A DNA stretch of 64,000 nucleotides, taken from the NCBI GenBank assembly GCA_043742785.1, contig JAYTXU010000002.1, positions 9,707-73,706 on the forward strand, in the 5' to 3' direction. The position numbers and the translations under genes were made by a program. Source of the DNA: Candidatus Omnitrophota bacterium. GTDB lineage: Bacteria > Omnitrophota > Gorgyraeia > Zapsychrales > Fredricksoniimonadaceae. A model generated the notes under the pieces. The model was given only the letters and a program-made list of their open reading frames with translations, searched no databases and was not told where the DNA came from. Of this stretch, positions 46,972 to 54,829 are shown in pieces (the first letter of the stretch is position 1; every line of letters begins with the position of its first letter).

Positions 46972-47046
46972 TTTTTATGGTCAAACTTTTTATCGCCTTC
47001 TGCTTGCCAGCAGATAATTCTCGACGATGCCGCCCCGTATAAACAG

Positions 47047-47074
47047 AGTATAACATATGATTCATAAATGACAA
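47047..47074 (-). promoter_or_regulatory. Candidate sigma70-type promoter for the giant gene (TTGTCA-16 nt-TGT-TATACT, extended -10)
   Basis: The minus-strand sequence reads TTGTCA tttatgaatcatatgt TATACT, with TG one base upstream of the -10. It sits about 75 nt upstream of the ATG at 46971, inside an AT-rich ~650-bp intergenic region. This is a sequence match only. Confidence 0.35.
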
Positions 47075-47573
47075 CTTTTTGAAAATCTTTTTACACATCT
47101 ATACCCTTATGTTTCTAGCACTTACATCTGTGGTTGAAAATATTTTATTCTTTTTCAAAAATATTATTTATTAAAGAGGTTCTTTCTTTAATATATATTA
47201 AATCTTTATATACTTAAAAGTCCTTATTGAATTAGTCTAAAAATAGGGAGCTGTTCCTTAGTTTCCTGTTTCGCTGGCAGACAAATTAATCAAGCTCACC
47301 TGAAAGTAAGCACAATAAATTTCTCCATTAAGAGATTGTAGTGTACCATTTAAAAAACGCTTCCCAAGTGCATTTATTTCCAGTCTGGAAATAAAAAATT
47401 GCCACAATTGTTTGTTATTTATTCCATGGCCTGCTTTTTTATCCCATCATCTAGCGCCTTAATTTTAAAGAATTTACGTGCTCTATAATCAAATTATATT
47501 TGATATATTATCAATATTATGTTACCCTATCCTTATCTTAAAAAGTAAATCTTTTAAAAAACATATAAATATA

Positions 47574-47605
47574 TTGATTAAATAACCATACTATGGTATG
47601 GTTAT
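47574..47605 (+). promoter_or_regulatory. Candidate brnTA promoter/operator: TTGATT-17 nt-TATGGT overlapped by a nested inverted repeat
   Basis: ATAACCATA (47582-47590) pairs with TATGGTTAT (47597-47605), and an inner palindrome CCATA-C-TATGG lies between them. GAGGG then precedes the ATG at 47618. RHH antitoxins commonly autoregulate through such palindromes. Confidence 0.35.
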
Positions 47606-47617
47606 AGCGAGGGTCAG

Positions 47618-47893
47618 ATGAATGATTTTCTTTGGGATATCGAACGAGAAGCCGTCAATATCGCTAAACATGGCGTTGATTTTAGTACAGCTGCCCTAGT
47701 ATTTAACGACCCTCAAAGAAAAGTTTTTATAGATTTAAAACATAGTCAAAACGAAGATCGGATGATCTGTATTGGTAAGCTTCACGATAAAGTTCTAACT
47801 GTTCGATTTATCTATCGCGATGGAAAAATTAGGATTTTTGGAGCAGGTTACTGGAGAAAAGGAAAAGACTACTATGAAAAAGAATTCTGCTGA
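47618..47893 (+). CDS. brnT: BrnT-family (DUF497) type II toxin
   Basis: The 91-aa product is MNDFLWDIEREAVNIAKHGVDFSTAALVFNDPQRKVFIDLKHSQNEDRMICIGKLHDKVLTVRFIYRDGKIRIFGAGYW. This is the typical BrnT pattern: F.WD..Ka..N..KHGv.F.ea..vF.D ... R.IsaR. Confidence 0.85.
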   Translation: MNDFLWDIEREAVNIAKHGVDFSTAALVFNDPQRKVFIDLKHSQNEDRMICIGKLHDKVLTVRFIYRDGKIRIFGAGYWRKGKDYYEKEFC

Positions 47894-48104
47894 TCCCTTG
47901 CTGCCTATAGGCGAATTAAAACAAATCGCTGACTTTTTACCTCCTCCTCACCAATTGGTCATGCCTGAAGCAACGGTTAAGGTGACTTTGTCACTGACTA
48001 AGTCAAGTCTAGAATTCTTCAAACGAGAAGCCAAAAAGAACCACACTAAATATCAGAAAATGATCCGCGCTCTAGTTGACCGCTACGCCCATATTAGTTC
48101 ATAG
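47874..48104 (+). CDS. brnA: BrnA-family antitoxin (RHH/CopG-like)
   Basis: MKKNSADPLLPIGELKQIADFLPPPHQLVMPEATVKVTLSLTKSSLEFFKREAKKNHTKYQKMIRALVDRYA. I prefer the internal ATG at 47874 (codon 19 of the track ORF 47820..48104), which overlaps the brnT end by 20 nt as in typical brnTA pairs. Confidence 0.75.
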   Translation: MKKNSADPLLPIGELKQIADFLPPPHQLVMPEATVKVTLSLTKSSLEFFKREAKKNHTKYQKMIRALVDRYAHISS

Positions 48105-48140
48105 TTCACAGTGAACCATGAACTATGAACATTTTTATTT
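48097..48140 (+). terminator. Hairpin plus T-run after brnA
   Basis: GTTCATAGTTCAC (48097-48109) pairs with GTGAACCATGAAC (48111-48123) with one mismatch, followed by TATGAACATTTTTATTT. It shares the GTTCATAGT...ACTATGAAC arms with the hairpin at 49827-49860. Confidence 0.45.
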
Positions 48141-48166
48141 ACACCCTTGCCTCCTTGTGCTAATAT
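48138..48166 (+). promoter_or_regulatory. Candidate promoter TTTACA-17 nt-TAATAT, implying a leaderless mRNA for the 48174 gene
   Basis: The -10 ends at 48166 and the ATG is at 48174, leaving 7 intervening nt and no Shine-Dalgarno sequence. The predicted start site therefore coincides with the start codon. Confidence 0.35.
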
Positions 48167-48173
48167 TTAATTC

Positions 48174-49151
48174 ATGAAAACATCTACTGGTCAAAAAATA
48201 TTGGACTATCTTGCAAAAAACAAGCAATCAACCCCAAAAGACCTTTATAATCTCTTAGACCTGAGTCCTAGAGCCATTTTCAAACAACTTAGAATTCTTT
48301 TAGAAAAAAATTTAATTCAAAAAATCGGAAGCCCTCCTAAAGTTTATTACCAGTTATCCCGCGATCCTATTGTCAAAAAAGAAAATTCTTTAGATGAACA
48401 AACAATCCAAGCAATTAATAAAAACTTTTATTACATTTCCCCTAGGGGAACTGAAGAAATTGGTGTAAATGGATTTGAAGAATGGTGTCACAAACAAAAA
48501 CTGGATATAAATAAAACAGCTTCTGAATATCTCTCTACCTTAAAAAAATACGAGCAATTTAAAAATAACGGCCTTATTGATGGTTCCTCCAAAATAACTT
48601 CAACTTTTCCTCAAGTAGCTTTGGATAAAATATTTTATCTGGATTTCTATGCTATCGAACGGTTCGGCAAAACGAGACTTGGGCAATTACTCTTGCTTGC
48701 AAAATCCAGCCAAAACAAAAAACAAATTTCTTTCTTAATGGAAACAATTAACCCCTCAATTCAAAAAATAATCAAAGAATTTAACATTGATGGAGTCGGC
48801 TTTATTCCTCCTAGTGTACGCCGCGAGACTCAATTAATGAACGAACTTAAAAAACGCCTTCCTATTAAACAAAAAATAATGTCTATTGTAAAAACAAGAT
48901 CTTCTGTCGTGGTAGCGCAAAAAACTCTAAGCAAACTTGCCGACCGTATTGAAAATGCCAAGCACACCATTATTGTAGAGGACAAGGTGCCTTTTAATAA
49001 TATCTTGCTCATTGATGACGCTGTTGGTTCGGGCGCTACCCTTAATGAAACAGCCTCTCAAATCAAAGAAAAGAAACTTTGTAATGGCCTCTTAATTGGT
49101 TTGGCTATTGTCGGAAGTTTTAAAGGCTTTGATGTCATCAGTGAAGTGTAA
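48174..49151 (+). CDS. Winged-HTH protein fused to a ComF-like phosphoribosyltransferase domain
   Basis: The N-terminus is GQKILDYLAKNKQSTPKDLYNLLDLSPRAIFKQLRILLEKNLIQKIGSPPKVYYQL, which looks like a wHTH. The C-terminus has a PRPP-binding loop, NILLIDDAVGSGATLNETASQIKEK, preceded by ...QKTLSKLADRIENAKHTIIVED, as in ComF-family proteins. Confidence 0.6.
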   Translation: MKTSTGQKILDYLAKNKQSTPKDLYNLLDLSPRAIFKQLRILLEKNLIQKIGSPPKVYYQLSRDPIVKKENSLDEQTIQAINKNFYYISPRGTEEIGVNGFEEWCHKQKLDINKTASEYLSTLKKYEQFKNNGLIDGSSKITSTFPQVALDKIFYLDFYAIERFGKTRLGQLLLLAKSSQNKKQISFLMETINPSIQKIIKEFNIDGVGFIPPSVRRETQLMNELKKRLPIKQKIMSIVKTRSSVVVAQKTLSKLADRIENAKHTIIVEDKVPFNNILLIDDAVGSGATLNETASQIKEKKLCNGLLIGLAIVGSFKGFDVISEV

Positions 49152-49197
49152 AATCAGAACCTGTGGCTAATTTATCCAGATGTATTCATTTGTATGC

Positions 49198-49226
49198 TTG
49201 ACAACTACAAAAACATACGATATATT
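49198..49226 (+). promoter_or_regulatory. Near-consensus sigma70 promoter TTGACA-17 nt-TATATT upstream of the RHH/RelE pair
   Basis: TTGACA is at 49198-49203 and TATATT at 49221-49226. An AAAGGAG ribosome-binding site (GGAG at 49285-49288) lies 7 nt before the ATG at 49296. Confidence 0.5.
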
Positions 49227-49295
49227 TATAGTAGCCTTGATTAAAAAATATCGAGGCTCTAACCCCTGGGCTAAAGTTTAAAAAGGAGTTTTTAT

Positions 49296-49538
49296 ATGAG
49301 TAAAATTGTATCTATCCGCCTACCTGATGATGTTTACAAAGAAGTGGTCAAAGCCTCCAAAGCTGAGCACAGACCTGTTTCTAATTTTATCACCCATGCT
49401 GTCATGAATGCGGTCGCTAACCTTTTTAAAGTCAGCGATAAAGAAATGAAAGAAATATTGGCGGATAAGGAACTGTTGAGAGACTTGGAAATTGGTAGAC
49501 AGCAGTATAGAGAGGGGAAAGGTCACTTCGTTGAGTAA
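49296..49538 (+). CDS. Ribbon-helix-helix (CopG-type) antitoxin
   Basis: MSKIVSIRLPDDVYKEVVKASKAEHRPVSNFITHAVMNAV has the N-terminal RHH strand-helix-helix pattern. The gene lies directly upstream of, and overlaps, a RelE/ParE-like gene. Confidence 0.75.
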   Translation: MSKIVSIRLPDDVYKEVVKASKAEHRPVSNFITHAVMNAVANLFKVSDKEMKEILADKELLRDLEIGRQQYREGKGHFVE

Positions 49539-49815
49539 TTATACGGTTTTTGAAACCCAGCATTTTCAAGACGAGTTTTCAAAATTCTCATTTTCTCAAA
49601 GAGAAAAACTACTAGAAAAAATTCGTTCCTTTGTTTACACTCAACTAAAAAATAATCCTTATTACGGATCAAATATCAAAAAACTAAAAGACAAGCTGCC
49701 TGAAACATGGCGTTATCGAATAGGTGACTACCGTTTAACCTATGAAATCGACAAAGAAAATAAAACGATCGTTATTTATTCTTTTCGTCACCGCAAAGAA
49801 GCCTATGACCAATAA
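49492..49815 (+). CDS. RelE/ParE-family type II toxin
   Basis: ...FSKFSFSQREKLLEKIRSFVYTQLKNNPYYGSNIKKLKDKLPETWRYRIGDYRLTYEIDKENKTIVIYSFRHRKEAY is the classic RelE/ParE C-terminal pattern. The coordinates are the track ORF. A TTG at 49531, in ttgagtaa overlapping the antitoxin stop, is a plausible true start giving 94 aa. Confidence 0.8.
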   Translation: MVDSSIERGKVTSLSNYTVFETQHFQDEFSKFSFSQREKLLEKIRSFVYTQLKNNPYYGSNIKKLKDKLPETWRYRIGDYRLTYEIDKENKTIVIYSFRHRKEAYDQ

Positions 49816-49826
49816 AATTCCGTATA

Positions 49827-49860
49827 GTTCATAGTACATAGTGAACTATGTACTATGAAC
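49827..49860. terminator. Perfect 15-bp hairpin between convergent genes (candidate bidirectional terminator / repeated palindromic element)
   Basis: GTTCATAGTACATAG (49827-49841), loop TGAA, CTATGTACTATGAAC (49846-49860). The right arm contains the stop codon of the minus-strand gene 49846..51078. The stem is AT-rich, so terminator strength is uncertain. Confidence 0.45.
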
Positions 49861-51078
49861 TTTCGGAAACGGAAACAGGAAGGACCCTCCGCTTTTCAAA
49901 AACCTTTTTTCTCGAGCTAAAATGTTCTTCTTAAAATGCCAGGGCAATACCAAATAAACATCGGGTTTGCGAAAACTGGCTTCTTTTTGGGAAATAATAG
50001 GTATCTTTGTTCCTGGGCAAAAACGCCCCCATTTATCTTCATTGATCTCTGCCATAAACGAAATTTCTTTTGATGTCAGCCCACAAAACTGCAGCAAAAC
50101 ATTTCCCTTGGTCGATGCCCCGTAACCTGCGATGGTTTTCCCTTTGGAAATCAGCTGATTAATTCTCTGGAGCAACTCTTGACGATGCTTTAAAATATTT
50201 TTAGAAAAATCTTTAAGTCTTTTTTCATCCTGCTTTTCGACCTTGATAATTGTTTCAACCTCTGCCTTAACCTCACGAAAAGAGGAGTCCTTGTGAGCCA
50301 ACATCACCCTTAAACTACCCCCATTGATTGTATTAAAACTGCAGCTGACAATTTTTAAGCAAACCTTATCTGCCAGCCATTTAATTGAGCTCAAACCATA
50401 GTAGGTGGCATGTTCGTGACAGATAGCATCATAGCTATTCTTTTTTAACATAGCGGGCCTATAGCCCTGTTCCAGCACTAGAACGCCCTCTTTGGCCAGA
50501 GAGTCTTGCACCTTCTTAAGAAAAGATACGGGGTCATTGAAATCGTAAAGAACCGCCACCGCCATAATCAGCTTGGCTTTGCCTAATTTGCTTTTAAACG
50601 TTTTCTTAGGGAAAAAATCCTCAATAACCTTGATCGATGGGTGATAATGTTTTTTAAACTTACCGACGAGAGGATCGATGCCTATAAGATTTAAATCCTT
50701 TCCACAAAAAGCTTCAAGCAGGGTTCCGTCATTGCTGCCGATATCGATAACCGTGTCTTTCTCTTTAAGCTGAACAAAGCTTCCAACCGCTTTAGCCAAT
50801 CTTTTCAGATGACTCTTCATGCTTTCATTAAGACCTGAACGATACCCGTAGCTGTTCCCAAAAAGAAGCTTAGGATCAAAAGAGTTTTTTAATTGAAGCA
50901 GACCACAAACTTTCTTAGGATCACCCTGACAAACCACAAGCTCCAGTGGCCCTTGAGGTACTTTTTCATTTTTAGTTTTTGGGAAAATACCTGTCAACGC
51001 CATCGTACCTAGATTACAAATGGATACCAGTTGAGTGTTGTGACAGATACGGCAGACTTTAATAGGCTTGATGGTCAT
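49846..51078 (-). CDS. SAM-dependent C-methyltransferase (NDP-sugar C-methyltransferase type, TylCIII-like)
   Basis: The N-terminus is a Cys-rich zinc-ribbon-like segment, KVCRICHNTQLVSICNLGTMALTGIFP. SAM motif I is TVIDIGSNDGTLLEAF. The C-terminal segment TIAGYGASTKGNVLLQFCGL is typical of the C-methyltransferase C-terminal domain. Confidence 0.75.
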   Translation of the reverse strand: MTIKPIKVCRICHNTQLVSICNLGTMALTGIFPKTKNEKVPQGPLELVVCQGDPKKVCGLLQLKNSFDPKLLFGNSYGYRSGLNESMKSHLKRLAKAVGSFVQLKEKDTVIDIGSNDGTLLEAFCGKDLNLIGIDPLVGKFKKHYHPSIKVIEDFFPKKTFKSKLGKAKLIMAVAVLYDFNDPVSFLKKVQDSLAKEGVLVLEQGYRPAMLKKNSYDAICHEHATYYGLSSIKWLADKVCLKIVSCSFNTINGGSLRVMLAHKDSSFREVKAEVETIIKVEKQDEKRLKDFSKNILKHRQELLQRINQLISKGKTIAGYGASTKGNVLLQFCGLTSKEISFMAEINEDKWGRFCPGTKIPIISQKEASFRKPDVYLVLPWHFKKNILAREKRFLKSGGSFLFPFPKVHST

Positions 51079-51102
51079 GGAAATCAGTACTGCTGTTATT
51101 CT

Positions 51103-52302
51103 TTAATTAAACAACCCCGCAAGAAATAAGGGTCGCCGCATACCATCCATCTCATAACTGTCCGAGAAAATAATCTTTCTTTGGACATCAATTCCCTTGA
51201 ACTGGCTTCTACCTTTTCCCTTACCGCCGATTTCAAAGACAATATCTTCAGAATCACGAATAAGATAATCCGGTGTTTTCTGACCACGCATTGATTTAAG
51301 ATAAAAAACTTCTTTGCCTGAAGATCTTATGGCTTCTACAAAAAAATCTTCACGCAAACCACCAATCGCTTCACTAAACGATCTATATAAAAGTCGATAC
51401 GGCAAAGCCATGACAACCTTAGGCTCCTTTAACACATTGCTCCCTTTTGGAAAAACTTGATGCAAAACAAAAGCTCTCTCCAAAAGCGTAATATACTGCT
51501 CCGCTTTATACTTCGAAATATGAACATTCTTTGCAGCCGTTGAATAATTAATCCCATCTACCCCCGAAAGTCCAATAAAACGAACAAGATGCTCAATTTT
51601 ATCCAATTCATCAGTTAAAAGTTTTGCTATGCGTGGAATATCTTTATGGATAACAGTTTTAAGAATATTTTCTAAAAGCTTTAACGGTTGAGGCTCCCTC
51701 AAAGCAAAAGGCATAAGACCTCCTTGAATATATGCTGAAAAATGTTCCCCTACTTTAAAAGTATCTGAAGGAATATTTTTCTCAACAATATCCCGAAGGG
51801 TTAATACATCAAACTTTTGTCCATACTTAAATAATGCATATTCCCGCAACGAAAAAGGATAGATGATCTTAAGCAAAACGCGTCGTGACAAATCATACCC
51901 TGACTCATACATTCCCAACGCTGTGGAACTGGTGAAGATCACCTTAATATGAAGAACATCGTAGATCTTCTTAAGATCAGCCTCAAAGCGAGAATAAAAA
52001 TGAACCTCATCCAATAAGAACAATTTAATCTGCATTGTTTCATGCAAGATCTTGACGATAGAAAAAAGATCTCCCTCCATTGCATCTAGCGATATGTAAA
52101 ATGACTCTTTATTAGCCATAGCTAATTGCTTAAGTAGAATGGTTTTACCCGCACCACGGGGGCCAACAATTCCAATAAAATGATCTCCATTATCTTTAAC
52201 AATCTCTTCATAGAGCGTACGTTTCTGATCAAATTTCTGACCATCTTCTTTAGCCAGACGATCAAATTCAAGCAATTGATTAATATTCATTTTCTCCTCC
52301 AA
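51103..52302 (-). CDS. AAA+ ATPase (COG1373-like, DUF4143-containing)
   Basis: Walker A is GIVGPRGAGKTILLKQL and Walker B is KLFLLDEVH. The C-terminal region resembles DUF4143-type ATPases that occur sporadically in prokaryote genomes. Confidence 0.75.
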   Translation of the reverse strand: MEEKMNINQLLEFDRLAKEDGQKFDQKRTLYEEIVKDNGDHFIGIVGPRGAGKTILLKQLAMANKESFYISLDAMEGDLFSIVKILHETMQIKLFLLDEVHFYSRFEADLKKIYDVLHIKVIFTSSTALGMYESGYDLSRRVLLKIIYPFSLREYALFKYGQKFDVLTLRDIVEKNIPSDTFKVGEHFSAYIQGGLMPFALREPQPLKLLENILKTVIHKDIPRIAKLLTDELDKIEHLVRFIGLSGVDGINYSTAAKNVHISKYKAEQYITLLERAFVLHQVFPKGSNVLKEPKVVMALPYRLLYRSFSEAIGGLREDFFVEAIRSSGKEVFYLKSMRGQKTPDYLIRDSEDIVFEIGGKGKGRSQFKGIDVQRKIIFSDSYEMDGMRRPLFLAGLFN

Positions 52303-52399
52303 AACTCTTATTTCTTACAAATATAGCATTTAATTGCATCTTGTCAAATTATTTTACATAATGATATACATTTTGTATAACAGTGTGTTTAAATTGCTG

Positions 52400-53101
52400 T
52401 CATTTAATATTATCACTGTTTTTCAAAGAAAGAGTCGCCGCTACATATCGAAAGAAGGTTCCAACCAATTTTTTATTACCACACCCGGCGCGTCTTGGCC
52501 CATAAACAGAGGGCATCTCCAACATTCTTGTATCGCTTCTTTGCCAATGATGCAGCAATCGTATCGAATACTCCCCAAATCCATAAAAAATATCTTCCTT
52601 AAAATTCAAAGGTAGCACGGATCTCTTAAAAACAAAGAAACCAAAAAGGTGATCCGTTAATAGACTGCCTGTGCGTATTTGAATAAACTTATTAAACAAC
52701 CAGCTAGCCATGCTTCTCCAAGGAGGAGACATTGATCCTCCTTTAATAAATCGAGAGGCCGAAATCACGTCGTAGTCAACGATTGCCTTGAGCATCTTTG
52801 ATAGATCGCTTGGGTTGTGATTAAAATCTGAATCCATAATAACAAGGATTAATCCCTTTGCTTCCTCAATGCCGCGGGCAATGGCTCGAGCAAAGCCAAG
52901 ATTCTCCCTTCTCACAATAACCCTAACCTTGGGATTTTTTATTTCGTTAACCTTCTGAGCTGTGCCGTCAGAGCTTTGATCATCAACAACTAAGATTTCA
53001 TACGCGTAATCTTGAACTTCTTTTTCAATGGCTGTTATCAAAGGCAGGATATTTTGGGATTCATTAAAGGTGGGGAGGATAATGGAGACGTCAGGCTTCA
53101 T
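52400..53101 (-). CDS. GT2-family glycosyltransferase (polyprenol-phosphate sugar transferase type)
   Basis: VSIILPTFNESQNILPLITAI, EILVVDDQSSDGT, NLGFARAIARGIEEAKGLILVIMDSDFNHNP. These are canonical GT2 (DPM1/ArnC-like) motifs. The start overlaps the upstream gene by 4 nt. Confidence 0.85.
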   Translation of the reverse strand: MKPDVSIILPTFNESQNILPLITAIEKEVQDYAYEILVVDDQSSDGTAQKVNEIKNPKVRVIVRRENLGFARAIARGIEEAKGLILVIMDSDFNHNPSDLSKMLKAIVDYDVISASRFIKGGSMSPPWRSMASWLFNKFIQIRTGSLLTDHLFGFFVFKRSVLPLNFKEDIFYGFGEYSIRLLHHWQRSDTRMLEMPSVYGPRRAGCGNKKLVGTFFRYVAATLSLKNSDNIK

Positions 53102-54213
53102 TTATTTTTCTTTAAACTAATTAAGCAGTCACAGATATATTTAATTTCTTCGTTTTTAATCTCAACAAAGGAAGGGAGGCTGATCACATCCTTTGAAACC
53201 TCTTCAGCAACGGGGAGAATCGATAACTTGTAAAGAGGCATGAGGCTGGCTGGATAAAAACCTGGCCTTGTTTCAATGCCCCTTCTTTCCAAACGCTTGA
53301 TCAAAGTATCCCTCGAGCAGCCAAACTTTTCAGGAGAAATGCTAATGGCAACACACCAAACAAGAGGACCTACCTCCTTTTTAAACTGCTGAAAAATCAC
53401 GCCTTCCTGCCCATCTAATTCTCTTTGATATTGCTCATAGATTCTTTTTTTAGAAGCCGTTATTGTCTTTAGTTTATTAAGCGCTGCCACCCCAATTGCT
53501 GCCTGCAAATTGGTTAAACGAAAATTGTGTCCAATCACCGTATGCCAATAACGTTTCTTACTTTTCATCCCGTGATCACGAATCAATTGCATGCGTTCTT
53601 GAAGATTTTTATCGTCTGTTACCACACACCCGCCTTCACCCATACTGATTGTTTTAGTCGCCTGAAAACTAAAACACCCCACGTCTCCAAAAGTTCCTGC
53701 TAGCTTTCCCAAATACTTCGAAAGAAAAGCCTGTGCAGAATCTTCAATAAGAAATAATTTATGCTTATCCGCTATTTGCTTGATCACCTTCATGTCTCCC
53801 ACATTACCATAAGGATGGACGACAATGATGGCCTTTGTTTTTTTCGTTATCCCTTGTTGAATTTGTTGCGGATCAATACACCACGTCTTAGGATCTATAT
53901 CAACAAAGACCGGCTTTGCTTGGAGACTTAAAACCATGTTAGCCGCTGCCATAAAACCAAAACCTGAAATAATAACTTCATCGTTTGGTTTAATATTCAA
54001 AGCAAGCAGGGCTAGATGGATTGCTGAGGTCCCACTGCTTGTTGTAATGCAGAATTTCTTCTTATGCAGACGTGCAAATCTTTTTTCAAACTCCTCCACA
54101 TAGGGACCGTGCGAGATTCTCGTTGTTAAAAGAGCTCTCTTAAGGAGCTTTTGCTCCTCAATACCTAGAAAAGGCTTTGCCCATGGAATTTTTTTAGGAA
54201 TCTTTTTTGTCAT
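53098..54213 (-). CDS. DegT/DnrJ/EryC1/StrS-family PLP-dependent sugar aminotransferase
   Basis: TSSGTSAIHLALLALNIKPNDEVIISGFGFMAAAN, LIEDSAQAF, and FSFQATKTISMGEGGCVVTDD with the PLP lysine, then IGHNFRLTNLQAAIG. Confidence 0.9.
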   Translation of the reverse strand: MTKKIPKKIPWAKPFLGIEEQKLLKRALLTTRISHGPYVEEFEKRFARLHKKKFCITTSSGTSAIHLALLALNIKPNDEVIISGFGFMAAANMVLSLQAKPVFVDIDPKTWCIDPQQIQQGITKKTKAIIVVHPYGNVGDMKVIKQIADKHKLFLIEDSAQAFLSKYLGKLAGTFGDVGCFSFQATKTISMGEGGCVVTDDKNLQERMQLIRDHGMKSKKRYWHTVIGHNFRLTNLQAAIGVAALNKLKTITASKKRIYEQYQRELDGQEGVIFQQFKKEVGPLVWCVAISISPEKFGCSRDTLIKRLERRGIETRPGFYPASLMPLYKLSILPVAEEVSKDVISLPSFVEIKNEEIKYICDCLISLKKNK

Positions 54214-54829
54214 AAATCCCTACCCTGTAACGCTCCGTTACTCTTTCACATCGATACCCGTGAGCCTTCATCACCTCTTCAAACTCGCCCGAGGTATACC
54301 AGACAACTGGAATATAGTACTCATTGGCGCATAGGTGATTGACCATTCCTTGGTAGAACGATTTTTCTAAACGAGGAGAGCTTAAAACTTCTTCTATAAT
54401 AACAACGCGACCGGCTGCACCCTTAAAATATTCCAAAAGTTTATCTACCGAAGTTTTACGAAATTGAGAGAGAGAAATAATCATAACAATGACATCTCCC
54501 CAATATTTTCCTGGTGATAATTCCTGGTGCAAATTCAAACATTGACACTTAATCCCTTTTAATTCTAAAACTTTTAAAAATTCAGTACTCGCTTCAATGG
54601 CTTCATAGGAACAATCCTTCAAAAGAAATTTCTTTAAAGTTCCTGTTCCAGCACAAACATCAACAACCGATTGCTTAGAATTAATATAACGAGCTGCGAT
54701 TTTGTAACGAAGATTTCGGTTGGTTCCTAATTTTAAAAAATCACAGGTATTGTAAAACAACCGGCTTCTATAGTGCAACCCTTTAAATAAATAGTGACAG
54801 GCACTATTAAAATAATTAGTGCCTGTCAC
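54194..54829 (-). CDS. Class I SAM-dependent methyltransferase
   Basis: Motif I is SVVDVCAGTGTLKKFL. A downstream acidic/hydrophobic motif GDVIVMIISL is present. The gene is translationally coupled, with overlaps at both ends. Confidence 0.7.
   Translation of the reverse strand: MTGTNYFNSACHYLFKGLHYRSRLFYNTCDFLKLGTNRNLRYKIAARYINSKQSVVDVCAGTGTLKKFLLKDCSYEAIEASTEFLKVLELKGIKCQCLNLHQELSPGKYWGDVIVMIISLSQFRKTSVDKLLEYFKGAAGRVVIIEEVLSSPRLEKSFYQGMVNHLCANEYYIPVVWYTSGEFEEVMKAHGYRCERVTERYRVGIYDKKDS

Noticed and set aside
1-46971. Because the ORF track shows only short ORFs for 47 kb, I considered that the region was non-coding, used an alternative genetic code, or was a string of ordinary genes.
   Set aside because: Under the standard code the minus-strand register 1 mod 3 is open end to end and translates into motif-rich protein sequence, so no recoding is needed. 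No stop separates the modules, so they are not independent complete ORFs. The track most likely drops ORFs that lack a stop inside the window.
46901-47098. A 65-aa minus-strand ORF overlapping the start of the giant gene.
   Set aside because: It is in a different register and overlaps the giant ORF start and its candidate promoter. The product is highly basic and low-complexity with no motif. It is probably spurious.
47376-47392. A 17-bp perfect palindrome ATTTCCAG-T-CTGGAAAT in the giant-gene upstream region, considered as an operator or terminator.
   Set aside because: It is AT-rich, has no T-run in either transcription direction, and has no second copy or cognate regulator in the window. 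The evidence is too weak to call.
47820-47873. The upstream ATG at 47820 given by the track as the BrnA start.
   Set aside because: It would overlap brnT by 74 nt and add a non-conserved N-terminal extension. The internal ATG at 47874 gives a typical BrnA length and a 20-nt overlap.
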